Below, one piece after another: positions 1-13,800 of a DNA stretch of 64,000 bases (positions are counted from its first letter, which is position 1; each line of letters begins with the position of its first letter). Under the pieces are notes generated by a model. That model was not told the origin of the DNA. It worked only from the letters and a program-made list of their open reading frames with translations, and ran no database searches. Source of the DNA: Auanema rhodensis. Its lineage: Eukaryota > Animalia > Nematoda. The stretch covers positions 19,096,001 to 19,160,000 of the forward strand of contig OZ059898.1 in NCBI GenBank assembly GCA_964057225.1. Reading direction: 5' to 3'. The position numbers and the translations under genes were made by a program.

Positions 1-10
1 CATTTTAAAA

Positions 11-22
11 TTTTTCGAAAAA
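11..22. repeat. 12-bp palindrome TTTTTCGAAAAA, core of an imperfect dyad ATTTTGA...TCAAAAT in consensus monomers
   Basis: Self-complementary 12-mer. In consensus monomers it is flanked by ATTTTGA and its reverse complement TCAAAAT. The central C is T in most left-subfamily monomers. Confidence 0.85.
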
Positions 23-399
23 ATTTTTGTCAAAATGTTTTGGAAGCAATGTTGAGTGTACATGGAAACTCAACATACACTAATGCATCATTTTTCAAAC
101 GATCATAACTAATTTTTGTATTAAGCGTTTCTCAAAGTAGTATAATGCATTCGATGCGGATTTTTAAGCTGCGTCGATCTGTGTTATCAGATTTGCGCTA
201 GCTTAAAAATGCACCGAGATATCAACTGATATAAGTTTACACTTATATCCTCGATTTTCACCCTGAAGAATTAATTTTTTTGTTGAATAACATTGTCCAT
301 CGTCTTTGCCTTGAAAAAAAGAATCTAAAAACATCTACTTTTTGCTAAATTATTTTGAAATTTTTTGAAAAAATTTTTGTCAAAATGTTTTTGGAAGCA

Positions 400-427
400 A
401 TGTTGAGTGTACATGGAAACTCAACAT
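400..427. repeat. Inverted repeat 1 of monomer: ATGTTGAGT-N10-ACTCAACAT (perfect 9-bp stem)
   Basis: 400-408 is the exact reverse complement of 419-427. Present in essentially every monomer. Confidence 0.93.
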
Positions 428-510
428 ACACTAATGCATCATTTTTCAAACGATCATAACTAATTTTTGTATTAAGCGTTTCTCAAAGTAGTATAGTGCA
501 TTCGATGCGG

Positions 511-561
511 ATTTTTAAGCTGCGTCGATCTGTGTTATCAGATTTGCGCTAGCTTAAAAAT
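511..561. repeat. Inverted repeat 2 of monomer: 51-bp imperfect hairpin ATTTTTAAGCT-GCG-TCG-ATCTG-tgttat-CAGAT-TTG-CGC-t-AGCTTAAAAAT
   Basis: Perfect 11-bp outer stem (511-521/551-561), plus inner GCG/CGC and ATCTG/CAGAT stems and a 6-nt loop. Confidence 0.92.
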
Positions 562-578
562 GCACCGAGATATCAACT

Positions 579-600
579 GATATAAGTTCACACTTATATC
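579..600. repeat. Inverted repeat 3 of monomer: GATATAAGT-tcac-ACTTATATC (perfect 9-bp stem, 4-nt loop)
   Basis: 579-587 is the exact reverse complement of 592-600. Confidence 0.93.
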
Positions 601-1799
601 CTCGATTTTCACCCTGAAGAATTAATTTTTTTGTTGAATAACATTGTCCATCGTCTTTGCCTTGAAAAAAAGAATCTAAAAACATCTACTTTCTGCTAAA
701 TTATTTCGAAATTTTTTGAAAAAATTTTTGTCAAAATGTTTTTGGAAGCAATGTTGAGTGTACATGGAAACTCAACATACACTAATGCATCATTTTTCAA
801 ACGATCATAACTAATTTTTGTATTAAGCGTTTCTCAAAGTAGTATAGTGCATTCGATGCGGATTTTTAAGCTGCGTCGATCTGTGTTATCAGATTTGCGC
901 TAGCTTAAAAATGCACCGAGATATCAACTGATATAAGTTCACACTTATATCCTCGATTTTCACCCTGAAGAATTAATTTTTTTGTTGAATAACATTGTCC
1001 ATCGTCTTTGCCTTGAAAAAAAGAATCTAAAAACATCTACTTTTTGCTAAATTATTTTGAAATTTTTTGAAAAAATTTTTGTCAAAATGTTTTTGGAAGC
1101 AATGTTGAGTGTACATGGAAACTCAACATACACTAATGCATCATTTTTCAAACGATCATAACTAATTTTTGTATTAAGCGTTTCTCAAAGTAGTATAGTG
1201 CATTCGATGCGGATTTTTAAGCTGCGTCGATCTGTGTTATCAGATTTGCGCTAGCTTAAAAATGCACCGAGATATCAACTGATATAAGTTCACACTTATA
1301 TCCTCGATTTTCACCCTGAAGAATTAATTTTTTTGTTGAATAACATTGTCCATCGTCTTTGCCTTGAAAAAAAGAATCTAAAAACATCTACTTTTTGCTA
1401 AATCATTTTAAAATTTTTCGAAAAAATTTTTGTCAAAATGTTTTGGAAGCAATGTTGAGTGTACATGGAAACTCAACATACACTAATGCATCATTTTTCA
1501 AACGATCATAACTAATTTTTGTATTAAGCGTTTCTCAAAGTAGTATAATGCATTCGATGCGGATTTTTAAGCTGCGTCGATCTGTGTTATCAGATTTGCG
1601 CTAGCTTAAAAATGCACCGAGATATCAACTGATATAAGTTTACACTTATATCCTCGATTTTCACCCTGAAGAATTAATTTTTTTGTTGAATAACATTGTC
1701 CATCGTCTTTGCCTTGAAAAAAAGAATCTAAAAACATCTACTTTTTGCTAAATTATTTTGAAATTTTTTGAAAAAATTTTCGTCAAAATGTTTTTGGAA

Positions 1800-4700
1800 G
1801 CAATGTTGAGTGTACATGGAAACTCAACATACACTAATGCATCATTTTTCAAACGATCATAACTAATTTTTGTATTAAGCGTTTCTCAAAGTAGTATAGT
1901 GCATTCGATGCGGATTTTTAAGCTGCGTCGATCTGTGTTATCAGATTTGCGCTAGCTTAAAAATGCACCGAGATATCAACTGATATAAGTTCACACTTAT
2001 ATCCTCGATTTTCACCCTGAAGAATTAATTTTTTTGTTGAATAACATTGTCCATCGTCTTTGCCTTGAAAAAAAGAATCTAAAAACATCTACTTTTTGCT
2101 AAATTATTTTGAAATTTTTTGAAAAAATTTTTGTCAAAATGTTTTTGGAAGCAATGTTGAGTGTACATGGAAACTCAACATACACTAATGCATCATTTTT
2201 CAAACGATCATAACTAATTTTTGTATTAAGCGTTTCTCAAAGTAGTATAGTGCATTCGATGCGGATTTTTAAGCTGCGTCGATCTGTGTTATCAGATTTG
2301 CGCTAGCTTAAAAATGCACCGAGATATCAACTGATATAAGTTCACACTTATATCCTCGATTTTCACCCTGAAGAATTAATTTTTTTGTTGAATAACATTG
2401 TCCATCGTCTTCGCCTTGAAAAAAAGAATCTAAAAACATCTACTTTTTGCTAAATTATTTTGAAATTTTTTGAAAAAATTTTTGTCAAAATGTTTTTGGA
2501 AGCAATGTTGAGTGTACATGGAAACTCAACATACACTAATGCATCATTTTTCAAACGATCATAACTAATTTTTGTATTAAGCGTTTCTCAAAGTAGTATA
2601 GTGCATTCGATGCGGATTTTTAAGCTGCGTAGATCTGTGTTATCAGATTTGCGCTAGCTTAAAAATGCACCGAGATATCAACTGATATAAGTTTACACTT
2701 ATATCCTCGATTTTCACCCTGAAGAATTAATTTTTTTGTTGAATAACATTGTCCATCGTCTTTGCCTTGAAAAAAAGAATCTAAAAACATCTACTTTTTG
2801 CTAAATTATTTTGAAATTTTTTGAAAAAATTTTTGTCAAAATGTTTTTGGAAGCAATGTTGAGTGTACATGGAAACTCAACATACACTAATGCATCATTT
2901 TTCAAACGATCATAACTAATTTTTGTATTAAGCGTTTCTCAAAGTAGTATAGTGCATTCGATGCGGATTTTTAAGCTGCGTCGATCTGTGTTATCAGATT
3001 TGCGCTAGCTTAAAAATGCACCGAGATATCAACTGATATAAGTTCACACTTATATCCTCGATTTTCACCCTGAAGAATTAATTTTTTTGTTGAATAACAT
3101 TGTCCATCGTCTTTGCCTTGAAAAAAGGAATCTAAAAACATCTTCTTTTTGCTAAATTATTTTGAAATTTTTTGAAAAAATTTTTGTCAAAATGTTTTTG
3201 GAAGCAATGTTGAGTGTACATGGAAACTCAACATACACTAATGCATCATTTTTCAAACGATCATAACTAATTTTTGTATAAAGCGTTTCTCAATGTAGTA
3301 TAGTGCATTTGATGCGGATTTTTAAGCTGCGTCGATCTGTGTTATCAAATTTGCGCTAGCTTAAAAATGCACCGAGATATCAACTAATATAAGTTCACAC
3401 TTATATCCTCGATTTTCACCCTGAAGAATTAATTTTTTCGTTGAATAACAATGTCCATCGTCTTTGCCTTGAAAAACTAAATCTGAAAACATCTACTTTT
3501 TGCTAAATTATTTTCAAATTTTTCGAAAAAATTTTTGTCAAAATGTTTTTGGAAGCAATGTTGAGTGTACATGGAAACTCAACATACACTAATGCATCAT
3601 TTTTCAAACGATCATAACTAATTTTTGTATAAAGCGTTTCTCAATGTAGTATAGTGCATTCGATGCGGATTTTTAAGCTGCGTCGATCTGTGTTATCAGA
3701 TTTGCGCTAGCTTAAAAATGCACCGAGATATCAACTGATATAAGTTCACACTTATTTCCTCGATTTTCACCCTGAAGAATTAATTTTTTCGTTGAATAAC
3801 ATTGTCCATCGTCTTTGCCTTGGAAAAAGGAATCTAAAAACATCTTCTTTTTGCTAAATTATTTTGAAATTTTTTGAAAAAATTTTTGTCAAAATGTTTT
3901 TGGAAGCAATGTTGAGTGTACATGGAAACTCAACATACACTAATGCATCATTTTTCAAACGATCATAACTAATTTTTGTATAACGCGTTTCTCAATGTAG
4001 TATAGTGCATTCGATGCGGATTTTTAAGCTGCGTCGATCTGTATTATCAGATTTGCGCTAGCTTAAAAATGCAACGAGATATCAACTGATATAAGTTCAC
4101 ACTTATATCCTCGATTTTCACCCTGAAGAATTAATTTTTTCATTGAATAACATTGTCCATCGTCTTCACCTTGAAAAAAGGAATCTAAAAACATCTACTT
4201 TTTGCTAAATTATTTTGAAATTTTTCGAAAAAATTTTTGTCAAAATGTTTTTGGAAGCAATGTTGAGTGTACATGGAAACTCAACATACACTAATGCATT
4301 ATTTTTCAAACGATCATAACTAATTTTTGTATTACGCGTTTCTCAATGTAGTATATTGCATTCGATGCGGATTTTTAAGCTGCGTCGATCTGTGTTATCA
4401 GATTTGCGCTAGCTTAAAAATGCACCGAGATATCAACTGATATAAGTTCACACTTATATCCTCGATTTTCACCCTGAAGAATTAATTTTTTTCGTTGAAT
4501 AACATTGTCCATCGTCTTTGCCTTGAAAAAAGGAATCTAAAAACATCTACTTTTTGCTAAATTATTCTGAAATTTTTAGAAAAAATTTTTGTCAAAATGT
4601 TTTTGGAAGCAATGTTGAGTGTACATGGAAACTCAACATACACTAATGCATCATTTTTCAAACGATCATAACTAATTTTTGTATTAAGCGTTTCTCAATG

Positions 4701-7700
4701 TAGTATAGTGCATTCGATGCGGATTTTTAAGCTGCGTCGATCTGTGTTATCAAATTTGCGCTAGCTTAAAAATGCACCGAGATATCAACTAATATAAGTT
4801 CACACTTATATCCTCGATTTTCACCCTGAAGAATTAATTTTTTCGTTGAATAACATCGTCCATCGTCTTTGCCTTGAAAAAAGGAACCTAAAAACATCTA
4901 CTTTTTGCTGAATTATTTTGAAATTTTTCGAAAAAATTTTTGTCAAAATGTTTTTGGAAGCAATGTTGAGTGTACATGGAAACTCAACATACACTAATGC
5001 ATTATTTTTCAAACGATCATAACTAATTTTTGTATTAAGCGTTTCTCAATGTAGTATAGTGCATTCGATGCGGATTTTTAAGCTGCGTCGATCTGTGTTA
5101 TCAGATTTGCGCTAGCTTAAAAATGCACCGAGATATCAACTGATATAAGTTCACACTTATTTCCTCGATTTTCACCCTGAAGAATTAATTTTTTCGTTGA
5201 ATAACATTGTCCATCGTCTTTGCCTTGAAAAAAGGAATCTAAAAACATCTTCTTTTTGCTAAATTATTTTGAAATTTTTTGAAAAAATTTTTGTCAAAAT
5301 GTTTTTGGAAGCAATGTTGAGTGTACATGGAAACTCAACATACACTAATGCATCATTTTTCAAACGATCATAACTAATTTTTGTATAAAGCGTTTCTCAA
5401 TGTAGTATAGTGCATTCGATGCGGATTTTTAAGCTGCGTCGATCTGTATTATCAGATTTGCGCTAGCTTAAAAATGCACCGAGATATCAACTGATATAAG
5501 TTCACACTTATATCCTCGATTTTCACCCTGAAGAATTAATTTTTTCGTTGAATAACATTGTCCATCGTCTTTACCTTGAAAAAAGGAATCTAAAAACATC
5601 TACTTTTTGCTAAATTATTTTGAAATTTTTCGAAAAAATTTTTGTCAAAATGTTTTTGGAAGCAATGTTGAGTGTACATGGAAACTCAACATACACTAAT
5701 GCATCATTTTTCAAACGATCATAACTAATTTTTGTATTACGCGTTTCTCAATGTAGTATATTGCATTCGATGCGGATTTTTAAGCTGCGTCGATCTGTGT
5801 TATCAAATTTGCGCTAGCTTAAAAATGCACCGAGATATCAACTGATATAAGTTCACACTTATATCCTCGATTTTCACCCTGAAGAATTAATTTTTTTCGT
5901 TGAATAACATTGTCCATCGTCTTTGCCTTGAAAAACTAAATCTGAAAACATCTACTTTTTGCTAAATTATTTTCAAATTTTTCGAAAAAATTTTTGTCAA
6001 AATGTTTTTGGAAGCAATGTTGAGTGTACATGGAAACTCAACATACACTAATGCATCATTTTTCAAACGATCATAACTAATTTTTGTATTAAGCGTTTCT
6101 CAAAGTAGTATAGTGCATTCGATGCGGATTTTTAAGCTGCGTCGATCTGTGTTATCAGATTTGCGCTAGCTTAAAAATGCACCGAGATATCAACTGATAT
6201 AAGTTCACACTTATATCCTCGATTTTCACCCTGAAGAATTAATTTTTTTGTTGAAAAACATTGTCCATCGTGTTTGCCTTGAAAAAAGGAATCTAAAAAC
6301 ATCTACTTTTTGCTAAATCATTTTAAAATTTTTCGAAAAAATTTTTGTCAAAATGTTTTGGAAGCAATGTTGAGTGTACATGGAAACTCAACATACACTA
6401 ATGCATCATTTTTCAAACGATCATAACTAATTTTTGTATTAAGCGTTTCTCAAAGTAGTATAATGCATTCGATGCGGATTTTTAAGCTGCGTCGATCTGT
6501 GTTATCAGATTTGCGCTAGCTTAAAAATGCACCGAGATATCAACTGATATAAGTTTACACTTATATCCTCGATTTTCACCCTGAAGAATTAATTTTTTTG
6601 TTGAATAACATTGTCCATCGTCTTTACCTTGAAAAAAGGAATCTAAAAACATCTACTTTTTGCTAAATTATTTTGAAATTTTTTGAAAAAATTTTTGTCA
6701 AAATGTTTTTGGAAGCAATGTTGAGTGTACATGGAAACTCAACATACACTAATGCATCATTTTTCAAACGATCATAACTAATTTTTGTATTACGCGTTTC
6801 TCAATGTAGTATATTGCATTCGATGCGGATTTTTAAGCTGCGTCGATCTGTGTTATCAAATTTGCGCTAGCTTAAAAATGCACCGAGATATCAACTGATA
6901 TAAGTTCACACTTATATCCTCGATTTTCACCCTGAAGAATTAATTTTTTTCGTTGAATAACATTGTCCATCGTCTTTGCCTTGAAAAACTAAATCTGAAA
7001 ACATCTACTTTTTGCTAAATTATTTTCAAATTTTTCGAAAAAATTTTTGTCAAAATGTTTTTGGAAGCAATGTTGAGTGTACATGGAAACTCAACATACA
7101 CTAATGCATCATTTTTCAAACGATCATAACTAATTTTTGTATTAAGCGTTTCTCAAAGTAGTATAGTGCATTCGATGCGGATTTTTAAGCTGCGTCGATC
7201 TGTGTTATCAGATTTGCGCTAGCTTAAAAATGCACCGAGATATCAACTGATATAAGTTCACACTTATATCCTCGATTTTCACCCTGAAGAATTAATTTTT
7301 TTGTTGAATAACATTGTCCATCGTCTTTGCCTTGAAAAAAAGAATCTAAAAACATCTACTTTTTGCTAAATTATTTTGAAATTTTTTGAAAAAATTTTTG
7401 TCAAAATGTTTTTGGAAGCAATGTTGAGTGTACATGGAAACTCAACATACACTAATGCATCATTTTTCAAACGATCATAACTAATTTTTGTATTAAGCGT
7501 TTCTCAAAGTAGTATAGTGCATTCGATGCGGATTTTTAAGCTGCGTCGATCTGTGTTATCAGATTTGCGCTAGCTTAAAAATGCACCGAGATATCAACTG
7601 ATATAAGTTCACACTTATATCCTCGATTTTCACCCTGAAGAATTAATTTTTTTGTTGAAAAACATTGTCCATCGTGTTTGCCTTGAAAAAAGGAATCTAA

Positions 7701-10700
7701 AAACATCTACTTTTTGCTAAATCATTTTAAAATTTTTCGAAAAAATTTTTGTCAAAATGTTTTGGAAGCAATGTTGAGTGTACATGGAAACTCAACATAC
7801 ACTAATGCATCATTTTTCAAACGATCATAACTAATTTTTGTATTAAGCGTTTCTCAAAGTAGTATAATGCATTCGATGCGGATTTTTAAGCTGCGTCGAT
7901 CTGTGTTATCAGATTTGCGCTAGCTTAAAAATGCACCGAGATATCAACTGATATAAGTTTACACTTATATCCTCGATTTTCACCCTGAAGAATTAATTTT
8001 TTTGTTGAATAACATTGTCCATCGTCTTTGCCTTGAAAAAAAGAATCTAAAAACATCTACTTTTTGCTAAATTATTTTGAAATTTTTTGAAAAAATTTTC
8101 GTCAAAATGTTTTTGGAAGCAATGTTGAGTGTACATGGAAACTCAACATACACTAATGCATCATTTTTCAAACGATCATAACTAATTTTTGTATTAAGCG
8201 TTTCTCAAAGTAGTATAGTGCATTCGATGCGGATTTTTAAGCTGCGTCGATCTGTGTTATCAGATTTGCGCTAGCTTAAAAATGCACCGAGATATCAACT
8301 GATATAAGTTCACACTTATATCCTCGATTTTCACCCTGAAGAATTAATTTTTTTGTTGAATAACATTGTCCATCGTCTTTGCCTTGAAAAAAAGAATCTA
8401 AAAACATCTACTTTTTGCTAAATTATTTTGAAATTTTTTGAAAAAATTTTTGTCAAAATGTTTTTGGAAGCAATGTTGAGTGTACATGGAAACTCAACAT
8501 ACACTAATGCATCATTTTTCAAACGATCATAACTAATTTTTGTATTAAGCGTTTCTCAAAGTAGTATAGTGCATTCGATGCGGATTTTTAAGCTGCGTCG
8601 ATCTGTGTTATCAGATTTGCGCTAGCTTAAAAATGCACCGAGATATCAACTGATATAAGTTCACACTTATATCCTCGATTTTCACCCTGAAGAATTAATT
8701 TTTTTGTTGAATAACATTGTCCATCGTCTTCGCCTTGAAAAAAAGAATCTAAAAACATCTACTTTTTGCTAAATTATTTTGAAATTTTTTGAAAAAATTT
8801 TTGTCAAAATGTTTTTGGAAGCAATGTTGAGTGTACATGGAAACTCAACATACACTAATGCATCATTTTTCAAACGATCATAACTAATTTTTGTATTAAG
8901 CGTTTCTCAAAGTAGTATAGTGCATTCGATGCGGATTTTTAAGCTGCGTAGATCTGTGTTATCAGATTTGCGCTAGCTTAAAAATGCACCGAGATATCAA
9001 CTGATATAAGTTTACACTTATATCCTCGATTTTCACCCTGAAGAATTAATTTTTTTGTTGAATAACATTGTCCATCGTCTTTGCCTTGAAAAAAAGAATC
9101 TAAAAACATCTACTTTTTGCTAAATTATTTTGAAATTTTTTGAAAAAATTTTTGTCAAAATGTTTTTGGAAGCAATGTTGAGTGTACATGGAAACTCAAC
9201 ATACACTAATGCATCATTTTTCAAACGATCATAACTAATTTTTGTATTAAGCGTTTCTCAAAGTAGTATAGTGCATTCGATGCGGATTTTTAAGCTGCGT
9301 AGATCTGTGTTATCAGATTTGCGCTAGCTTAAAAATGCACCGAGATATCAACTGATATAAGTTTACACTTATATCCTCGATTTTCACCCTGAAGAATTAA
9401 TTTTTTTGTTGAATAACATTGTCCATCGTCTTTGCCTTGAAAAAAAGAATCTAAAAACATCTACTTTTTGCTAAATTATTTTGAAATTTTTTGAAAAAAT
9501 TTTTGTCAAAATGTTTTTGGAAGCAATGTTGAGTGTACATGGAAACTCAACATACACTAATGCATCATTTTTCAAACGATCATAACTAATTTTTGTATTA
9601 AGCGTTTCTCAAAGTAGTATAGTGCATTCGATGCGGATTTTTAAGCTGCGTCGATCTGTGTTATCAGATTTGCGCTAGCTTAAAAATGCACCGAGATATC
9701 AACTGATATAAGTTCACACTTATATCCTCGATTTTCACCCTGAAGAATTAATTTTTTTGTTGAATAACATTGTCCATCGTCTTTGCCTTGAAAAAAAGAA
9801 TCTAAAAACATCTACTTTTTGCTAAATTATTTTGAAATTTTTTGAAAAAATTTTTGTCAAAATGTTTTTGGAAGCAATGTTGAGTGTACATGGAAACTCA
9901 ACATACACTAATGCATCATTTTTCAAACGATCATAACTAATTTTTGTATTAAGCGTTTCTCAAAGTAGTATAGTGCATTCGATGCGGATTTTTAAGCTGC
10001 GTCGATCTGTGTTATCAGATTTGCGCTAGCTTAAAAATGCACCGAGATATCAACTGATATAAGTTCACACTTATATCCTCGATTTTCACCCTGAAGAATT
10101 AATTTTTTTGTTGAATAACATTGTCCATCGTCTTCGCCTTGAAAAAAAGAATCTAAAAACATCTACTTTTTGCTAAATTATTTTGAAATTTTTTGAAAAA
10201 ATTTTTGTCAAAATGTTTTTGGAAGCAATGTTGAGTGTACATGGAAACTCAACATACACTAATGCATCATTTTTCAAACGATCATAACTAATTTTTGTAT
10301 TAAGCGTTTCTCAAAGTAGTATAGTGCATTCGATGCGGATTTTTAAGCTGCGTAGATCTGTGTTATCAGATTTGCGCTAGCTTAAAAATGCACCGAGATA
10401 TCAACTGATATAAGTTTACACTTATATCCTCGATTTTCACCCTGAAGAATTAATTTTTTTGTTGAATAACATTGTCCATCGTCTTTGCCTTGAAAAAAAG
10501 AATCTAAAAACATCTACTTTTTGCTAAATTATTTTGAAATTTTTTGAAAAAATTTTTGTCAAAATGTTTTTGGAAGCAATGTTGAGTGTACATGGAAACT
10601 CAACATACACTAATGCATCATTTTTCAAACGATCATAACTAATTTTTGTATTAAGCGTTTCTCAAAGTAGTATAGTGCATTCGATGCGGATTTTTAAGCT

Positions 10701-13700
10701 GCGTCGATCTGTGTTATCAGATTTGCGCTAGCTTAAAAATGCACCGAGATATCAACTGATATAAGTTCACACTTATATCCTCGATTTTCACCCTGAAGAA
10801 TTAATTTTTTTGTTGAATAACATTGTCCATCGTCTTTGCCTTGAAAAAAGGAATCTAAAAACATCTTCTTTTTGCTAAATTATTTTGAAATTTTTTGAAA
10901 AAATTTTTGTCAAAATGTTTTTGGAAGCAATGTTGAGTGTACATGGAAACTCAACATACACTAATGCATCATTTTTCAAACGATCATAACTAATTTTTGT
11001 ATAAAGCGTTTCTCAATGTAGTATAGTGCATTTGATGCGGATTTTTAAGCTGCGTCGATCTGTGTTATCAAATTTGCGCTAGCTTAAAAATGCACCGAGA
11101 TATCAACTAATATAAGTTCACACTTATATCCTCGATTTTCACCCTGAAGAATTAATTTTTTCGTTGAATAACAATGTCCATCGTCTTTGCCTTGAAAAAC
11201 TAAATCTGAAAACATCTACTTTTTGCTAAATTATTTTCAAATTTTTCGAAAAAATTTTTGTCAAAATGTTTTTGGAAGCAATGTTGAGTGTACATGGAAA
11301 CTCAACATACACTAATGCATCATTTTTCAAACGATCATAACTAATTTTTGTATAAAGCGTTTCTCAATGTAGTATAGTGCATTCGATGCGGATTTTTAAG
11401 CTGCGTCGATCTGTGTTATCAGATTTGCGCTAGCTTAAAAATGCACCGAGATATCAACTGATATAAGTTCACACTTATTTCCTCGATTTTCACCCTGAAG
11501 AATTAATTTTTTCGTTGAATAACATTGTCCATCGTCTTTGCCTTGGAAAAAGGAATCTAAAAACATCTTCTTTTTGCTAAATTATTTTGAAATTTTTTGA
11601 AAAAATTTTTGTCAAAATGTTTTTGGAAGCAATGTTGAGTGTACATGGAAACTCAACATACACTAATGCATCATTTTTCAAACGATCATAACTAATTTTT
11701 GTATAACGCGTTTCTCAATGTAGTATAGTGCATTCGATGCGGATTTTTAAGCTGCGTCGATCTGTATTATCAGATTTGCGCTAGCTTAAAAATGCACCGA
11801 GATATCAACTGATATAAGTTCACACTTATATCCTCGATTTTCACCCTGAAGAATTAATTTTTTCATTGAATAACATTGTCCATCGTCTTCACCTTGAAAA
11901 AAGGAATCTAAAAACATCTACTTTTTGCTAAATTATTTTGAAATTTTTCGAAAAAATTTTTGTCAAAATGTTTTTGGAAGCAATGTTGAGTGTACATGGA
12001 AACTCAACATACACTAATGCATTATTTTTCAAACGATCATAACTAATTTTTGTATTACGCGTTTCTCAATGTAGTATATTGCATTCGATGCGGATTTTTA
12101 AGCTGCGTCGATCTGTGTTATCAGATTTGCGCTAGCTTAAAAATGCACCGAGATATCAACTGATATAAGTTCACACTTATATCCTCGATTTTCACCCTGA
12201 AGAATTAATTTTTTTCGTTGAATAACATTGTCCATCGTCTTTGCCTTGAAAAAAGGAATCTAAAAACATCTACTTTTTGCTAAATTATTCTGAAATTTTT
12301 AGAAAAAATTTTTGTCAAAATGTTTTTGGAAGCAATGTTGAGTGTACATGGAAACTCAACATACACTAATGCATCATTTTTCAAACGATCATAACTAATT
12401 TTTGTATTAAGCGTTTCTCAATGTAGTATAGTGCATTCGATGCGGATTTTTAAGCTGCGTCGATCTGTGTTATCAAATTTGCGCTAGCTTAAAAATGCAC
12501 CGAGATATCAACTAATATAAGTTCACACTTATATCCTCGATTTTCACCCTGAAGAATTAATTTTTTCGTTGAATAACATCGTCCATCGTCTTTGCCTTGA
12601 AAAAAGGAACCTAAAAACATCTACTTTTTGCTGAATTATTTTGAAATTTTTCGAAAAAATTTTTGTCAAAATGTTTTTGGAAGCAATGTTGAGTGTACAT
12701 GGAAACTCAACATACACTAATGCATTATTTTTCAAACGATCATAACTAATTTTTGTATTAAGCGTTTCTCAATGTAGTATAGTGCATTCGATGCGGATTT
12801 TTAAGCTGCGTCGATCTGTGTTATCAGATTTGCGCTAGCTTAAAAATGCACCGAGATATCAACTGATATAAGTTCACACTTATTTCCTCGATTTTCACCC
12901 TGAAGAATTAATTTTTTCGTTGAATAACATTGTCCATCGTCTTTGCCTTGAAAAAAGGAATCTAAAAACATCTTCTTTTTGCTAAATTATTTTGAAATTT
13001 TTTGAAAAAATTTTTGTCAAAATGTTTTTGGAAGCAATGTTGAGTGTACATGGAAACTCAACATACACTAATGCATCATTTTTCAAACGATCATAACTAA
13101 TTTTTGTATAAAGCGTTTCTCAATGTAGTATAGTGCATTCGATGCGGATTTTTAAGCTGCGTCGATCTGTATTATCAGATTTGCGCTAGCTTAAAAATGC
13201 ACCGAGATATCAACTGATATAAGTTCACACTTATATCCTCGATTTTCACCCTGAAGAATTAATTTTTTCGTTGAATAACATTGTCCATCGTCTTTACCTT
13301 GAAAAAAGGAATCTAAAAACATCTACTTTTTGCTAAATTATTTTGAAATTTTTCGAAAAAATTTTTGTCAAAATGTTTTTGGAAGCAATGTTGAGTGTAC
13401 ATGGAAACTCAACATACACTAATGCATCATTTTTCAAACGATCATAACTAATTTTTGTATTACGCGTTTCTCAATGTAGTATATTGCATTCGATGCGGAT
13501 TTTTAAGCTGCGTCGATCTGTGTTATCAAATTTGCGCTAGCTTAAAAATGCACCGAGATATCAACTGATATAAGTTCACACTTATATCCTCGATTTTCAC
13601 CCTGAAGAATTAATTTTTTTCGTTGAATAACATTGTCCATCGTCTTTGCCTTGAAAAACTAAATCTGAAAACATCTACTTTTTGCTAAATTATTTTCAAA

Positions 13701-13800
13701 TTTTTCGAAAAAATTTTTGTCAAAATGTTTTTGGAAGCAATGTTGAGTGTACATGGAAACTCAACATACACTAATGCATCATTTTTCAAACGATCATAAC
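1800..13800. repeat. Block duplication: ~1800-6080 repeated at ~9520-13800 (offset 7723 bp = 22 monomers)
   Basis: Rare variants pair at a constant offset of 7723: 2412/10135, 2631/10354, 3310/11033, ORFs 4821/12544, 5936/13659. Confidence 0.88.

Larger units (their letters stand above)
351..701 (+). repeat. Representative single 351-bp monomer (phase arbitrary)
   Basis: tattttgaaa starts at 351 and the homologous position recurs at 702. The first unit (1-350) is 1 bp shorter because of a T deletion in gttttgg. Confidence 0.97.
1..10700. repeat. Left-hand monomer subfamily domain (caaAgtag, ttttttTgttg, aaaaaaAgaatc, tttttTgaaaa), interrupted by main-type monomers at ~3.2-6.0 kb and ~6.8-7.0 kb
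   Basis: Linked diagnostic variants. The last ctcaaagtag is at 10661-10670, and later monomers read ctcaatgtag (rarely ctcaatatag). Confidence 0.85.

Noticed and set aside
511-600. Hairpins as Rho-independent terminators or transposon TIRs
   Set aside because: There is no upstream gene, the stems are AT-rich, and there are no target-site duplications or element boundaries. They are internal parts of the satellite monomer.
441-635. Ancient internal dimer (ttttca...taattttt at monomer positions ~92 and ~256)
   Set aside because: The similarity is limited to short A/T-rich words and does not extend across half-monomers, so it is not distinguishable from chance.
351-701. Tandem 5S rRNA, tRNA, snRNA or spliced-leader gene cluster
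   Set aside because: The unit length is plausible for such clusters, but I see no 5S sequence, cloverleaf or pol III A/B boxes. The AATTTTTG Sm-like strings are expected by chance among the T-tracts. An Infernal/Rfam scan would settle it.
3436-3452. CENP-B box-like motif TTTCGTTGAATAACA
   Set aside because: It matches the TTCG and A positions of NTTCGNNNNANNCGGGN but lacks the essential CGGG.
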